Source of the DNA: Thermovirgaceae bacterium
Lineage (GTDB): Bacteria > Synergistota > Synergistia > Synergistales > Thermovirgaceae
Assembly: GCA_040767805.1 (NCBI GenBank)
Contig: JAXGNU010000002.1
Location: 132,756 to 196,755, forward strand
Length of the DNA stretch: 64,000 nucleotides
Direction of reading: 5' to 3'
A program made the translations under genes and the position numbers. Positions 27,160 through 36,980 of the stretch are shown here, in pieces (within the stretch, counting starts at the first letter, position 1; each line of letters opens with the position of its first letter). The notes under the pieces are model-generated. The model saw only the letters and a program-made list of their open reading frames with translations. It was not told the DNA's origin and searched no databases.

Positions 27160-28378
27160 TCAAAAATATCCAATATCAGCAACCCCCATGTACAGGTCGA
27201 ACCTGTCTTTCGGGAAGTTGAGATCACCCCTTACAACTTCCGATATCTCACGGAGCCGGAAGTCCAGGGTCCACCTGTGAATTACCAGTTTGAAAGCCGT
27301 TTTCCACAGGTTCCTTTTTTAGAGAAACACTCTTAGGGTACGACAGAGGACTCCCTTATGACGGGAGTCATATTCAAATAGAGGCAAGACCGCCTCTTCC
27401 AGAAAATCCCTCAGCACCTTCTTGGCCTTGACTTGGCAGGTGATGCGATAAAGACCCAGGTCTTCGTAGCGGTCGACCATTCCGGAAGAAAAGAGGAATT
27501 TTCCTGCCTCCAGCTCTGTTAGGGCCTGAGAGAAGCTTTCCTTGTAATCCTGCCAACCTCTCGTAGTATTCCCTTCCCCCACAGAGAGGCTGCCGCAGTT
27601 CAAACCATCGGCTACAGTCCTGCCGGTGTTCCGAAAAAGGGTCTTCTCCTCCTCGTAGTTTGTTCAGCAAGATGGACAAGTACGATGCGGCTCCCCCTCA
27701 ACCGGCTGCTAAGACCCTTGGGAGCAAAGGGGATGGGAGACAATAAGGTCCCGGGCCCCTTTGAGATCACGAAGGGGAAGGGTTTCCGACTCATGGTCCT
27801 TCCCCGCAGCATAAACAACCGCCACCCTGTAGGGAGATGAAACCTCCAGCCCCATCGACCCCGCACGGGTTAGTGCCTCATGGTAGGAGTGGAAGTTCCC
27901 TTCCAGGAGGTCATCGAAGAACTCCTTTAGTATCCCTCTTCTCTCGCTTTCAATGACTCCCCTGTGGAAAAGGATCGGTGATTCCCTCCGGCTCATTGCA
28001 TTGTAGGTTAGAAAATCAAGGATCGCCCTTGTGACCTTTCCGAAAGTGATCTCGGGCTGAAGGCGTATGATCGGGAAATCAAGTCCGTCAGCCTGTCTTA
28101 TCATTTTTGACGGGATATCAGTAACGTAGTACCTGGGTTGAATCACGATCCCTGCCAGGGTTCTTTCGTTAAGCCGGGCGACAAGGTCTGAAGCCAGGAG
28201 TGAATCCTCACTGAGACCGTAACAGGTGGATAGGAGGAGCTCTCCCGGCTGCAGCTGGTCGAGTGAGTCGAGTATCTCCATCATGTTTACCCATGAGACT
28301 CACGTGAGAGCCCCCTCGCCCCGCTACCACCTCTGATCCGCTGAAGACATCAAGTTCCAGGAATTGCCAGAGTTCCAT
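27160..28378 (-). pseudogene. PucR-family transcriptional regulator, pseudogene with several frameshifts and an internal stop
   Basis: Fragments in different frames: MELWQFLELDVFSGSEVVAGRGG / MMEILD..GELLLSTCYGL..ADGLDFPII / LSVGEG..YEDLGLYRI..EYDSRHKGVLCRTLRVFL* / TAFKLVIHRWTLDFRL. Confidence 0.85.
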
Positions 28379-28665
28379 GAGCCTCCACCTCACTGGCTCT
28401 GCGAAAATGGATTATTTTTGTAATTGATTTATTATACAGAACTTATAAAATTGAATGGATAAAATTATTCGAAGCATCCAATTGCTAATTGGCACCTTCG
28501 CAACGACACTACAATACATTAATGGTTATTACTGCCATTAGGTGTCACCAACACCCATATGATGGATCTAAATTTACATCCAGATTCCCGCACATGGATA
28601 CAATCTTGAGGTGAAGTCTTGTAAACGGATATGGCATTCTTTGTTCAGGAAGGACCTGGACGGGG

Positions 28666-29952
28666 GTGCCAACCGTGGCGAAGCTAAAGGAGCATCACAT
28701 CATGTGCGCGGAAGAACTAGCAAACCACAAAAGCATCAGGGATATAGCGTCCACCTTTTGCGTGGACGAAAGCACCTTGAGATACAGGCTCGAACGGCAT
28801 CGGACAGGAGCCGTGGATGGCAGATCGCTCCAGGAGGAAGCGTGCGCTCCCTTCCGACCCCTTGTCCTCGAGTGGATACAGGAGCAGGAAGGGCAGGAGC
28901 GGCCGGAATCCGTTCAGGCATTGTATGAGAGACTCTGCGCGGACCACGGATACACGGGGAGCTATATGAGTGTCTACAGGTTCGTCAAAAGGAGGCGCAA
29001 GGCCCCTTTCCCTGCCCCCTTCCGCCGGGTGGAGACCAAGCCGGGGGCGCAAGCTCAGGCCGACTGGCTTCAAAAGAAGATCTATATCCACGAACTTGGC
29101 GGAGAGACAAAGATCTCGGCATTCATAATGACCCTGTCCCACTCCCGGATGTGGTCCGTCGTCTGGAGCCGGAGCGAAAACATGCTCACCTGGCTTACCT
29201 GCCACAACAGGGCCTTCGAATTCCTGGGAGGTGTCCCGTCCACGGTCAGGATCGACAACCTCAAAACGGGAGTAGCCTGCGGCTGCGGAGCCTGGGCGAA
29301 GCTCAACGAAGGGTACGCCTCCTACGCGAAGCAGATGGATTTCGCCATAGACCCCCACAGGGTCAGGACACCCAGGGACAAGGGCAAGGCGGAACGTAGG
29401 GTCCAGGATGTGAAGACGCTCCAGATTACGGAGAAGGACCGGTTCGAGGATATGGAGGACCTGCAGGAGACCAGCACCCTCCGGATCCTTGCCAGATCAC
29501 GGAAGTTACTATGCCCAGTAACGGGCAAAAGCATCTACGACAGCTGGAACCTTGAAAAGCAGCATCTAAAGCCCCTTCCATTTTTTCTTCCTGTACCCTT
29601 CGATGTACAGGTCTCGAGGGAAGTTGGCCGGGATTGCCTTGTCTCCTTCGAGGGAAGACGTTACAGCGTCCCCTACACTTGGACTAAACGGACAGTCCAG
29701 GTCAGGGGGTGTACGGACACCGTCGAGATATGGGGAGAGGGGAAACTGCTCTGCACCTTCCCGCGCAAAACGGACTGCAGGCTTCTCATTGACCAGGGCC
29801 ACTACGAAGGGGCCAGCGAAGGCACGGGAAAGACCCCTGTTCCTCTTGGGAAAATTGGCAGGGAGATCGTAATACCCAGAAGCTGGGAGATAGAAGATGC
29901 CCCCAGGCGTTCCATAGATCGCTACGCGGAAGCTGTGGGTACACGGTCATGA
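28666..29952 (+). CDS. istA: IS21 transposase IstA
   Basis: ETKPGAQAQADW, LSHSR, RIDNLK, PRDKGKAER (DDE). Confidence 0.95.
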   Translation: MPTVAKLKEHHIMCAEELANHKSIRDIASTFCVDESTLRYRLERHRTGAVDGRSLQEEACAPFRPLVLEWIQEQEGQERPESVQALYERLCADHGYTGSYMSVYRFVKRRRKAPFPAPFRRVETKPGAQAQADWLQKKIYIHELGGETKISAFIMTLSHSRMWSVVWSRSENMLTWLTCHNRAFEFLGGVPSTVRIDNLKTGVACGCGAWAKLNEGYASYAKQMDFAIDPHRVRTPRDKGKAERRVQDVKTLQITEKDRFEDMEDLQETSTLRILARSRKLLCPVTGKSIYDSWNLEKQHLKPLPFFLPVPFDVQVSREVGRDCLVSFEGRRYSVPYTWTKRTVQVRGCTDTVEIWGEGKLLCTFPRKTDCRLLIDQGHYEGASEGTGKTPVPLGKIGREIVIPRSWEIEDAPRRSIDRYAEAVGTRS

Positions 29953-30740
29953 CCAGGCTTCAAGAGGCAGTGACCGGTCTGGACGCGAGCAGGTCTTTGC
30001 TGGAAGAGATGGGCTTTGAGCATGCCCAGCACCTCGTGGCGGAGCTCATGGAACAGGCCGTAAAGGACAATGCCTCCTACGGTGACTTTCTGGAAAAAGT
30101 TCTGAGGAGAGAACGTGAATACCGGGAAGAGCGCAGGATAAGGACCTCCCTGAAGTTGTCCGGCTTGCCCCAGGGCAAGACCCTTGAAAGCTTCGACTTC
30201 ACCTTTGGTCGGAGCGTGAACAAAAAGGAGATCGAGCTGCTTTCGACCTGCGAATACGCCAAGAGGAAGGAGAACATCCTCCTCCTCGGCCCGCCCGGAG
30301 TGGGCAAGAGCCACCTCGCCGCGGCGTTAGGGGTGCGGGCCGTCCAGAATGGCTTCTCCGTCTCCTGGCTGACTGCCGACGACCTGCTTTTTCGCCTCAG
30401 GCGGGACGAGGAGAACCCTTCCAGGCGAAACAGGAGGAGGAAATACCTCTCCTCGGGTGTTCTCGTGATAGACGAGCTGGGGTTTCAGGTCCTGGACCGG
30501 GGCGACGCCCACCTGCTCTTCAAGGTGGTAAGCGCCAGGTACGAAAGGGCGAGCACGATCATCACGTCGAACAAGAGCATACGGGATTGGCCGGAGATGC
30601 TTGCAGGAGACGAAGTCCTCACTACCGCTATCCTGGACAGGCTTTTACACCATTGCCACGTCGTTCATGTCGACGGAAGCAGTTACCGCCTCTGGGAGAT
30701 GGAACAACGGACCAGGCCCGCACCGCGGAAGGAGGGATGA
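29949..30740 (+). CDS. istB: IS21 helper ATPase IstB
   Basis: GPPGVGKSHLA, LVIDELG, RYERASTIITSN, AILDRLLHH; ATGA overlap with istA. Confidence 0.95.
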   Translation: MTRLQEAVTGLDASRSLLEEMGFEHAQHLVAELMEQAVKDNASYGDFLEKVLRREREYREERRIRTSLKLSGLPQGKTLESFDFTFGRSVNKKEIELLSTCEYAKRKENILLLGPPGVGKSHLAAALGVRAVQNGFSVSWLTADDLLFRLRRDEENPSRRNRRRKYLSSGVLVIDELGFQVLDRGDAHLLFKVVSARYERASTIITSNKSIRDWPEMLAGDEVLTTAILDRLLHHCHVVHVDGSSYRLWEMEQRTRPAPRKEG

Positions 30741-30917
30741 CCTGAACGGTCAAACATTTCAGGTTCACGAATCACCCCAACGCGTTCAAGAAGGAATGTG
30801 TATATCTGCGGGAAAGTGGATGTAAATTTACTGCGGGAATCTGGGTGTTAATTGACATTAGGGAAGAGAAACCGGCCCTCAGGGTACTAAGACTTCAGAT
30901 CGACGGAGGTTATTAGA

Positions 30918-32108
30918 ATGCCGGAGAAAAGGACATCCTGTGTTAACGAGAAAGAGATCATCGAACTTCTTCAAGACCTTGTCGCCATTCCCAGTTATCC
31001 TGGCATACCGGGGCAGGAGACAGGAGTGGCAGAACGCATCCACCTCTTCTTCAGAAATGAAAGGATCGATTCCGAGGTCATCCCGGTAGTCGATGGAAGG
31101 TGCAATGTTATTGCCAGGCTTCCAGGCGCCGGCGGGGGCAGATCCCTCCTTCTGACAGGCCATACCGATACCGTCCCTCCCTACGACATGGAAGATGCCT
31201 GCATTATGAAAATTGAAGGAGATAAATTGATCGGTCGCGGCGTTGTCGATATGAAGGGAGCGCTAGCCTGCATGATGCTCTCTATGGCTGCCATTAAAAG
31301 ATCCGGGATCGCATTGAGAGGTGACGTAGTATTCGCGGGCGTTATCGGCGAAGAGGGGAAGAGCGAAGGAACCTGCGCCCTTTTGAAAAATGGTTTGAAG
31401 GCAGATGCAGCCATTGTAGGAGAACCCTTCGGCTGGGATATCGGCATCGGCCAAAAGGGCCTTGAATGGTTTGAATGCAAGATCCTAGGGAAGGCAGTCC
31501 ATGGGGGAAAACAGAAGGAAGGGATCAATGCCATCTCCAAGGCTGGGAAGCTTATCAGCGCGATTGACCAGGAACTGGTCCCCAGGATAGAGAGCCGCAT
31601 ACACCCTGTCATCGGGGAGTCCTCCATGAATTACGGAATGATCAGTGGTGGCTTCCAACCCAGCACAGTTGCTGGTGAATGCCTTTTACAATTCGACCGG
31701 CGCTGGGTCCCGGGAGAAAAGTATGAGCTCGTTATAAGGGAGTACGAGGAGTTGATCGAAAAACTCTCAAAGGACGACCCGGAATTCAAAGCTGAACTGA
31801 GAGTCATGGATTCGAGCCTGATGGAAGACGGGTTTATCCATGAGGCTATGGAGTTGCCTTTGGACCACCCATTGGTAATACTGGCGGAAAGCTCCATCTT
31901 TGAAATAACCGGGCACCGGGCCGAAAAGAAGGCATTTCCTGCATGGACTGATGCAGGTCTTCTGAGCACTTATGGCGATATCCCTACGGTCATCCTAGGC
32001 CCCGGCGATCCTGGAAGCGCTCACACCTCGGAGGAATTCCTTGAGAGATCCTTCCTAGTCCCCTTCACGCGTCTCTATTCGCTGATGGCGGAAAAGTACT
32101 GTCAATGA
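30918..32108 (+). CDS. M20 family metallopeptidase (ArgE/DapE-like deacylase)
   Basis: GHTDTVP, GRGVVDMKG, GEE, VGEP, GKAVHG, GPG...AHTSEE. Confidence 0.9.
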   Translation: MPEKRTSCVNEKEIIELLQDLVAIPSYPGIPGQETGVAERIHLFFRNERIDSEVIPVVDGRCNVIARLPGAGGGRSLLLTGHTDTVPPYDMEDACIMKIEGDKLIGRGVVDMKGALACMMLSMAAIKRSGIALRGDVVFAGVIGEEGKSEGTCALLKNGLKADAAIVGEPFGWDIGIGQKGLEWFECKILGKAVHGGKQKEGINAISKAGKLISAIDQELVPRIESRIHPVIGESSMNYGMISGGFQPSTVAGECLLQFDRRWVPGEKYELVIREYEELIEKLSKDDPEFKAELRVMDSSLMEDGFIHEAMELPLDHPLVILAESSIFEITGHRAEKKAFPAWTDAGLLSTYGDIPTVILGPGDPGSAHTSEEFLERSFLVPFTRLYSLMAEKYCQ

Positions 32109-32244
32109 TGGTTCCACCACCTACACTTTCAAAGAATGACAACCGACAACCCTGGACGCGCTGAAAAGGAGTGATGCCATGGTTTTAGGTTGAAAGACCG
32201 GATCGGACAAATTCCAAGGCAACATCAAAAGGAGGGTGGACGAG

Positions 32245-33666
32245 ATGAGCAGTACCGGGACGGAAAAAGAGGGAACGAGCGGGAGGGTTTTCAAAGTCCC
32301 CCATGTCTATATCATTTTACTTACCGTCGTCGCAATATGCACAATACTGACCTACTTTGTACCGGCAGGCCTTTACGAAAGGGTTGCAGGTCCTGGTGGC
32401 AGGATGATAGTTGACCCGCTGAGTTTTGGCTACGTGGATCAGTCTCCCGTGGGTCTTTTCGACTTTCTCCTTGCGGTACCCAAGGGGATGGTTGAGATCG
32501 CCGAGATTATATTCTTCATCTTAATCGTGGGAGGTGCGTTCGGCGTCGTTAACGCGACCGGAGCGATCGAAGCCGGGATCGGAAAAATCACAAAGAAGAT
32601 GGCCGGCAAGGAGAGGGCGATAATACCCATTGTCATGATCCTCTTTTCCATCGGCGGGGCCATCTTCGGTATGGCCGAGGAGACTTTGCCCTTCGTGCCG
32701 ATCATGGTGACCCTCACGGTCGCTCTTGGTTTTGACTCGCTTACGGGAGCCGGCATCGTCCTCGCTGGAGCGGGCGCCGGATTCTCCGCTGCCTTCATGA
32801 ACCCCTTCACCGTGGGGGTTGCCCAAGGAATAGCTGAACTGCCGCTCTTTTCGGGTATGGGTTACAGGATATTCTGCTACATTTCAATGGTCGCTCTGAC
32901 AGTAGCTTTCATCTACTGGTATGCGGGGCGTGTCAAAAAAGAACCAACCCGGAGCCTTTTGTACGATATCGACAGGACCAGGGAAGAGGCCCTTGACCTG
33001 AATGTTATGAAGGAGTTCACCACCTCTCATCAACTCGTGCTTCTGGTGTTGGCGGGAACCATGGTCCTCCTGGTTTACGGCGTGATGAAATACGGATGGT
33101 ACATCCAGGAGATCTCAGGACTCTTCCTCGGAATGGCGATCCTGGCCGCTATCGTCGGCAAGCTCGGTTTAAACGGGTTCGCGATCAACCTGGCAGAGGG
33201 AATGTCTGCTCTCACCACTGGTGCCCTGGTTGTCGGATTCGCAAGGGCTATCCTGGTAGTCTTGGCCCAGGGAAACATCCTGGACACGATACTTTACGGA
33301 GCAGCTACGGCAGTTGCATCTCTGCCATCAATATTCTCGGCCATGGGGATGTACGTATTCCAGTGTCTTCTCAACTACATTATCCCCTCAGGCAGCGGCC
33401 AGGCGGCTGTAGCGATGCCTATCATGGCCCCGCTGGGGGACCTTGTTGGCGTCACAAGACAGGTCGCGGTCCTTGCATACCAGTTCGGCGACGGTATATC
33501 GAACATATTCACGCCGACCTCTGGTTATTTCATGGCTGGTCTTGCCCTTGCCAAGATCCCCTGGGATCGTTGGGCAAAATGGATCCTGCCGCTGATACTA
33601 CTTCAGTACCTGTTGGGAGCGATACTTGTCACGATAGCCCACTTCATCAAATTGGGACCCTTTTAA
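32245..33666 (+). CDS. YfcC family (C4-dicarboxylate anaerobic carrier-like) transporter
   Basis: PHVYII, VPAGLYER, GMAEET, NPFTVGVAQGIAELP, PSGSGQA, QFGDG. Confidence 0.9.
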   Translation: MSSTGTEKEGTSGRVFKVPHVYIILLTVVAICTILTYFVPAGLYERVAGPGGRMIVDPLSFGYVDQSPVGLFDFLLAVPKGMVEIAEIIFFILIVGGAFGVVNATGAIEAGIGKITKKMAGKERAIIPIVMILFSIGGAIFGMAEETLPFVPIMVTLTVALGFDSLTGAGIVLAGAGAGFSAAFMNPFTVGVAQGIAELPLFSGMGYRIFCYISMVALTVAFIYWYAGRVKKEPTRSLLYDIDRTREEALDLNVMKEFTTSHQLVLLVLAGTMVLLVYGVMKYGWYIQEISGLFLGMAILAAIVGKLGLNGFAINLAEGMSALTTGALVVGFARAILVVLAQGNILDTILYGAATAVASLPSIFSAMGMYVFQCLLNYIIPSGSGQAAVAMPIMAPLGDLVGVTRQVAVLAYQFGDGISNIFTPTSGYFMAGLALAKIPWDRWAKWILPLILLQYLLGAILVTIAHFIKLGPF

Positions 33667-33676
33667 CGGAAGTCCG

Positions 33677-33720
33677 CTTCAAAAACGGGGGCGCCCCTCG
33701 GGGGCGCCCCTTCTTTGAAG
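33677..33720. terminator. Hairpin terminator after yfcC
   Basis: CTTCAAA...GGGGCGCCCC-TCG-GGGGCGCCCC...TTTGAAG inverted repeat. Confidence 0.7.
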
Positions 33721-33912
33721 TCCGTAGTAATTATTGACCGGGGCCTATACGGCCACATCCAGCACCGCCCCGGAAGCCTCGCGGTCCACCACCCTACCAC
33801 TACAGAAGAGAGAGTGAAATTTGCACCCTTTAAGCGAAGGACCTGCTCAAAAGGTCCAGCACCACAGGAAGGGGATCCGTTCCTGGTACGATCCTGCTGT
33901 CTTGAACCCCTG

Positions 33913-34524
33913 TCACGGCCGGGGCACCAGTCTCTCGAAGCAGGCGAGGCATAGGACGCGGCCGTCGCAGAGCCTGGCCTTGGTCTCCATGACCAACTCT
34001 CCGCAGGCATCGCAAAGGACGCTCCTTTTCATGGGAGCGAAGGGTGGGGCTGGTTCCAGGGGCTCCCCGATGATGAAAAGGGATTCCGGTTCGGACTCGA
34101 GGATGCGGGCGCTCCGCTCCCTACGGAGTTCCTCGAACCTCTCCGACTCCTCCGGCGTCAGGGCGCCCTCGTTGCTCTTTTCCTGGAGGGTCCTGTACTC
34201 CTCGCCGCCTCCTCGCGCCGCGTCGGGGCGGCTCACTATCCTGAAGGACTTCCCGTCACTCCTCCTGTAAAAGCTGAAGGCCGACTTGCCCATGTCCTTC
34301 ACGATCATGTTGCCCTTCCCCACGGTGCAGCCCGTGAGGAACTGGATCGCGTCGACGGCGCAGTTATCGGTCTCCGCGACGGCGACGATCTCCTCGTCGG
34401 TGGTCCGTCCGAGCTTGTCCAGGACAACCTCCGATATCTTTATCCCCGTGGCCAGCCCCGGGCACCAGTGCCCGTGGAACGCTATAAGGGCCTTCAATTC
34501 CTCTTCAGGTATCTTCGATCCCAA
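33913..34524 (-). CDS. FmdE family protein with C-terminal zinc finger
   Basis: FHGHWCPGLATG, ETDNCAVDAIQFLTGCTVGKGN, CDACGE...LCLAC. Confidence 0.9.
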   Translation of the reverse strand: MGSKIPEEELKALIAFHGHWCPGLATGIKISEVVLDKLGRTTDEEIVAVAETDNCAVDAIQFLTGCTVGKGNMIVKDMGKSAFSFYRRSDGKSFRIVSRPDAARGGGEEYRTLQEKSNEGALTPEESERFEELRRERSARILESEPESLFIIGEPLEPAPPFAPMKRSVLCDACGELVMETKARLCDGRVLCLACFERLVPRP

Positions 34525-34683
34525 GTCATTCACTCCCTTATGTCGATCACCGGTCCCTTGCCGCCGGCCGATCAAAGGACCGGCCATCCTGGACCCACGA
34601 GGGAAGGGGTCCGACATATTCGTAAACCGCGGATCGCGGCTAGTGGATCTTGAGGCCTTAGGTCAGGACCCTCTCTTGTCCCT

Positions 34684-35100
34684 CTCTGTGTCTTTTGCGA
34701 TGAAAAAGGTCAGTCTTTGCTTCAGGCTCTACAGCCCTGCCACTGTATCCAATAAATAGGACCCTCTCTGTGTCCTCCGTGATGCAAATGGTTTGATTTT
34801 TCACATACAAATGGGTTTTCTCTGTGTCCTCTGTGTCCTCCGTGGTGAAAAAGGTCTGTCTTTGCTTTGGGCTTCTGCGGCCCTGCCCCTGTACCCAATA
34901 AATAGGATCCCCTCTGCGTCCACCGTGGTGCAAATGGTTTGATTTTTCACATACAAATGGGTTTTCTCTGTGTCCTACCCTAGTCCGGCGATTCGCCGGC
35001 TAGGGCACTTCGTCTGTGTCCTCCGCGGTGCAAATGGTTTGATTTTTCACAAATAAATGGGTTTTCTCTGCGTCCCCTGTGGTGAAAAAGGGTCTGCTTT
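34684..35100. repeat. Intergenic array of six degenerate 19-bp cores (CTCTGYGTCCTCCGTGGTG) separated by two recurring linker types
   Basis: Cores at 34684, 34766, 34829, 34912, 34966/35014 and 35066; linkers in order A,B,A,B,B,A(partial); A+B period 145-146 bp. Confidence 0.9.
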
Positions 35101-35120
35101 TCGCCCCTCAGGTCCGACCG

Positions 35121-35900
35121 TTACGCCCCAGGCGTCGCTTCCCCTGATTTCACGGGCACCACCACCGGGTACCCCTGGACCTTCTCTATCACGACGGGTA
35201 TGCCGTAAACCTCCCTCACCATCGCCGGCGTGATCTCCTCCAGGCCGGCCACGGCGAAGACCCGGCCGCCCTTCAAGAACACCACCCTGTCGGCGAAGCG
35301 AAGGGCGGAGTTTATGTCGTGCATCGTCATCACCGCCGCCATCCCGTGGCCCGTCACGATATGCCTGATGATGGACAAGATCTCCTGCTGGTTTTTGAGG
35401 TCCAGGCTGCTGGTGGGCTCATCGAGAAGGAGCACCTTCGGCTCCTGGACCAGGGCTCGGGCTATGCATACCTTCTGGAGCTCGCCGCCGCTCATCTCGT
35501 CGAGGTGCCTGAGCGAAAGATGTTCAAGTCCGAGGGTCCGAATGATAGCATCGACCTTCCGGATATCCTCCCTGCCGACCTTCCAGGTTATATGGGGCCT
35601 CCGGCCCAGGAGGATGGCGTCGAAGGCGGTCAACCTCCCCCCCTGCTCCTGCTGGGCGACGTAAGCAAGGTCCCTGGCTATTTCCAGCTTCTTCATGCGC
35701 AGGAGGTCCCTCTCCCCGACCCTGATGGCCCCTGTCGCCGGACGCAGGATGCCGTTCAGGCACTTCAGCAAAGTCGTCTTCCCCACCCCGTTCGGGCCGA
35801 GGACGGCCACCAGTTCGTTCCTTCCCAGGCTGAAGGTTACCCCCTCCAGTACGGGCCTGCTGTTGTAACGGAAGGAAACGTCGCGGACGTCTAGGATCAT
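35121..35900 (-). CDS. FecE/FepC-type ABC ATP-binding protein
   Basis: GPNGVGKTT, MSGGELQKVCIARAL, LLDEPT, MHDIN. Confidence 0.93.
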   Translation of the reverse strand: MILDVRDVSFRYNSRPVLEGVTFSLGRNELVAVLGPNGVGKTTLLKCLNGILRPATGAIRVGERDLLRMKKLEIARDLAYVAQQEQGGRLTAFDAILLGRRPHITWKVGREDIRKVDAIIRTLGLEHLSLRHLDEMSGGELQKVCIARALVQEPKVLLLDEPTSSLDLKNQQEILSIIRHIVTGHGMAAVMTMHDINSALRFADRVVFLKGGRVFAVAGLEEITPAMVREVYGIPVVIEKVQGYPVVVPVKSGEATPGA

Positions 35901-36967
35901 CGCCGGTACCCCCGGACGAGCAGGTAAAGGAACATGGGAGCCCCGACGAAGGAGGTCAGTATCGCCACGGGCAGGACATTGGGGGCTATCATAGTCCTCG
36001 CCGCCGTATCGGCCGCCAGGAGAAGGATGGAACCCATGATGATCGAACCCGGTATGAGGAAGCGGTTGTCGTCGCCGATGAGGCGCCTCACCATGTGGGG
36101 GCAGACGAGGCCCACGAAGCCGATAACACCCACGAAGGAGATTATCACCGCCGTGACCAGCGAGGCCAGGCTCATGCCGAGAAAGCGCACCATCCTGACG
36201 TTGACGCCGAGGCCGGCGGCCGTCTCGTCACCGGCGTCGATGGCATTGTAGTTCCACGAATTGAAGGCGAAGTAGAGGGCGCAAAACCCGGTAACGAGGG
36301 AAATGATGCCTATCTCTCTCCACCCGGCCCGGGAAAGGTCCCCGAAGGTCCAAAAGACCATGGCGGCCAACTGGACATCGTCGGCGAAGTACTGCAGGAA
36401 CATCGTCGCCGCCGAGCACAGCGAACCCATCGCCACGCCAGCGAGGATCATTACCTCGGGGGAGCCCCTGCGGAGCCTGGCGATCACGATCACCACGCCC
36501 GTAGCCGCCATGGCCGCCGCGAAGGCCAGGGCCGTGGTCATCCCCGGCCGCACCACGGTGATGGCGTCGGAGGCGGCGCTCTGCATGAACCCCGACCCCA
36601 GGACCATCACGGAGAAGGCCGCACCGAAGGCGGCTGCCTGGGAAATACCCAGCGTGAAAGGCGAGCCCAGGGGGTTGCCCAGGACGGACTGCATGACCAC
36701 GCCCGCCACGGAGAGACCCGCGCCGGCGAGGACCGCGGCCAGGACCTGGGGCAGCCTGATGTTGAAGACCACCACGTCGAGTTGCCTCGAGACATGCCCC
36801 AGGAAGAGGGTCCTCAACACCTCCACGGGCCGGTAGCTGACGGGTCCCGTCGCGATGGACAGGACCGCCAGAATGAACAGGAGGACCAGCCCCAGCAGGA
36901 GGAGGAGTACCTTCGTCCGGATGTATTTAACGTAACCCGCAGGGATGGTCCCTTCTTCCAGGTGCAC
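35897..36967 (-). CDS. FecCD-type ABC permease
   Basis: IRLP, MQSVLGNPLGSPFTLGIS, GVIGFVGLVCPH, GAPMFLYLL. Confidence 0.93.
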   Translation of the reverse strand: MHLEEGTIPAGYVKYIRTKVLLLLLGLVLLFILAVLSIATGPVSYRPVEVLRTLFLGHVSRQLDVVVFNIRLPQVLAAVLAGAGLSVAGVVMQSVLGNPLGSPFTLGISQAAAFGAAFSVMVLGSGFMQSAASDAITVVRPGMTTALAFAAAMAATGVVIVIARLRRGSPEVMILAGVAMGSLCSAATMFLQYFADDVQLAAMVFWTFGDLSRAGWREIGIISLVTGFCALYFAFNSWNYNAIDAGDETAAGLGVNVRMVRFLGMSLASLVTAVIISFVGVIGFVGLVCPHMVRRLIGDDNRFLIPGSIIMGSILLLAADTAARTMIAPNVLPVAILTSFVGAPMFLYLLVRGYRR

Positions 36968-36980
36968 TTCGCCCGGCCTC

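Larger units (their letters stand above)
28543..30857 (+). mobile_element. Complete IS21-family insertion sequence (2315 bp)
   Basis: Ends TGTCA...TGACA with imperfect terminal inverted repeats containing repeated CAYCCASWTTCCCGCA boxes; flanking direct repeat TTAGG (28538-28542 and 30858-30862); carries istA-istB. Confidence 0.95.

Noticed and set aside
30852..30890. Hybrid promoter from the perfect TTGACA at the IS21 right end
   Set aside because: No plausible -10 hexamer 16-18 bp downstream (the sequence there is GC-rich)
32166..32194. RBS plus mini-ORF MVLG* between the M20 peptidase and yfcC
   Set aside because: Too short to interpret; could be a deletion scar, but there is no supporting evidence
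23780..33800. Integrative element or prophage boundaries for the AT-richer island
   Set aside because: No integrase, tRNA target or att-like direct repeats were found by eye
34658..34933. 91-aa ORF containing TTEDTEDTE
   Set aside because: It is a translation of the DNA repeat; no RBS or family support
34684..35100. CRISPR array
   Set aside because: The intervening sequences recur (two types) rather than being unique, the cores are short and degenerate with irregular spacing, and no cas genes are in the window
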